Assembly: GCA_043228905.1 (NCBI GenBank)
Contig: JBHGNT010000009.1
Location: 11,532,001-11,596,000 of the forward strand
Source: Azolla caroliniana
Lineage: Eukaryota > Plantae > Polypodiophyta
Direction of reading: 5' to 3'
DNA: 64,000 nucleotides
Shown: one piece after another, positions 63,799 to 64,000 of the stretch
Numbering within the stretch: the stretch's first letter is position 1
How the letters are laid out: every line of letters starts with the position of its first letter
Position numbers and translations under genes: made by a program
The notes under the pieces: model-generated
What the model was told of the DNA's origin: nothing
Databases searched by the model: none
What the model saw: only the letters and a program-made list of their open reading frames with translations

Positions 63799-64000
63799 TC
63801 TCTTCCGCTGCACAGTATCACTCCTGATTCTTTCCATGGTATTAGAGCGCTTGGTAACTTGATCCAAGTTCATCCGCATGTGTTATGTCTAAGCCCACCT
63901 TCACGAAGAACCGATCGATCGCTATAGCAGCAACTTGCACAGTATCACTCCTGATTCTTTCCATGGTATCAGAGCGCTTGGTAACTTGATCTAAGTTCAT
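63433..64000 (+). mobile_element. Probable 5' LTR and iMet PBS of another LTR element, with duplicated LTR-end/PBS
   Basis: ...ttcCA|TGGTATTAGAGC (63837-63848) and ...ttcCA|TGGTATCAGAGC (63964-63975). The LTR start is tentative. Confidence 0.6.
63742..63798. repeat. (CT)n(CA)n microsatellite
   Basis: Read directly. Confidence 0.95.

Overview
Plant-type repetitive genomic DNA made almost entirely of nested LTR retrotransposons; I cannot support any host protein-coding gene. The window holds two near-complete copies of one Ty1/copia family (1775-7261 +, 35408-40760 -), an older copia remnant and chromovirus remnants. A large Ty3/gypsy element 'C' (21692-53213 -) hosts three younger insertions. 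There are also several members of a distinctive Ty3/gypsy lineage: autonomous-type B1 (26496-33489 -) and B2 (43882-50887 +), older A (20016-55930 -) and A' (1-9087 +), pol-less D (34907-43213 -) and F (18108-20015 -), and a solo LTR (56629-57418). This lineage is the best candidate for an undescribed system. It shows (i) 4-bp target-site duplications centred on CpG, (ii) a tRNA-Trp primer site with a PAS-like U5 motif, (iii) gag-protease joined to pol by a GGAUUUU -1 frameshift and a pseudoknot with covariation, (iv) a covarying hairpin just before the PPT, (v) a D-H-G protease motif, and (vi) non-autonomous partners encoding a Gag fragment fused to acidic repeats. Two other oddities: element C has an inverted tRNA-Arg-like site where its PPT should be, and remnant E encodes an aspartic protease downstream of integrase. 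A Mutator-like MITE lies at 62585-62897. All coordinates and mismatch counts were made by eye, tRNA sequences were recalled from memory, and no database search was possible, so novelty is unverified.
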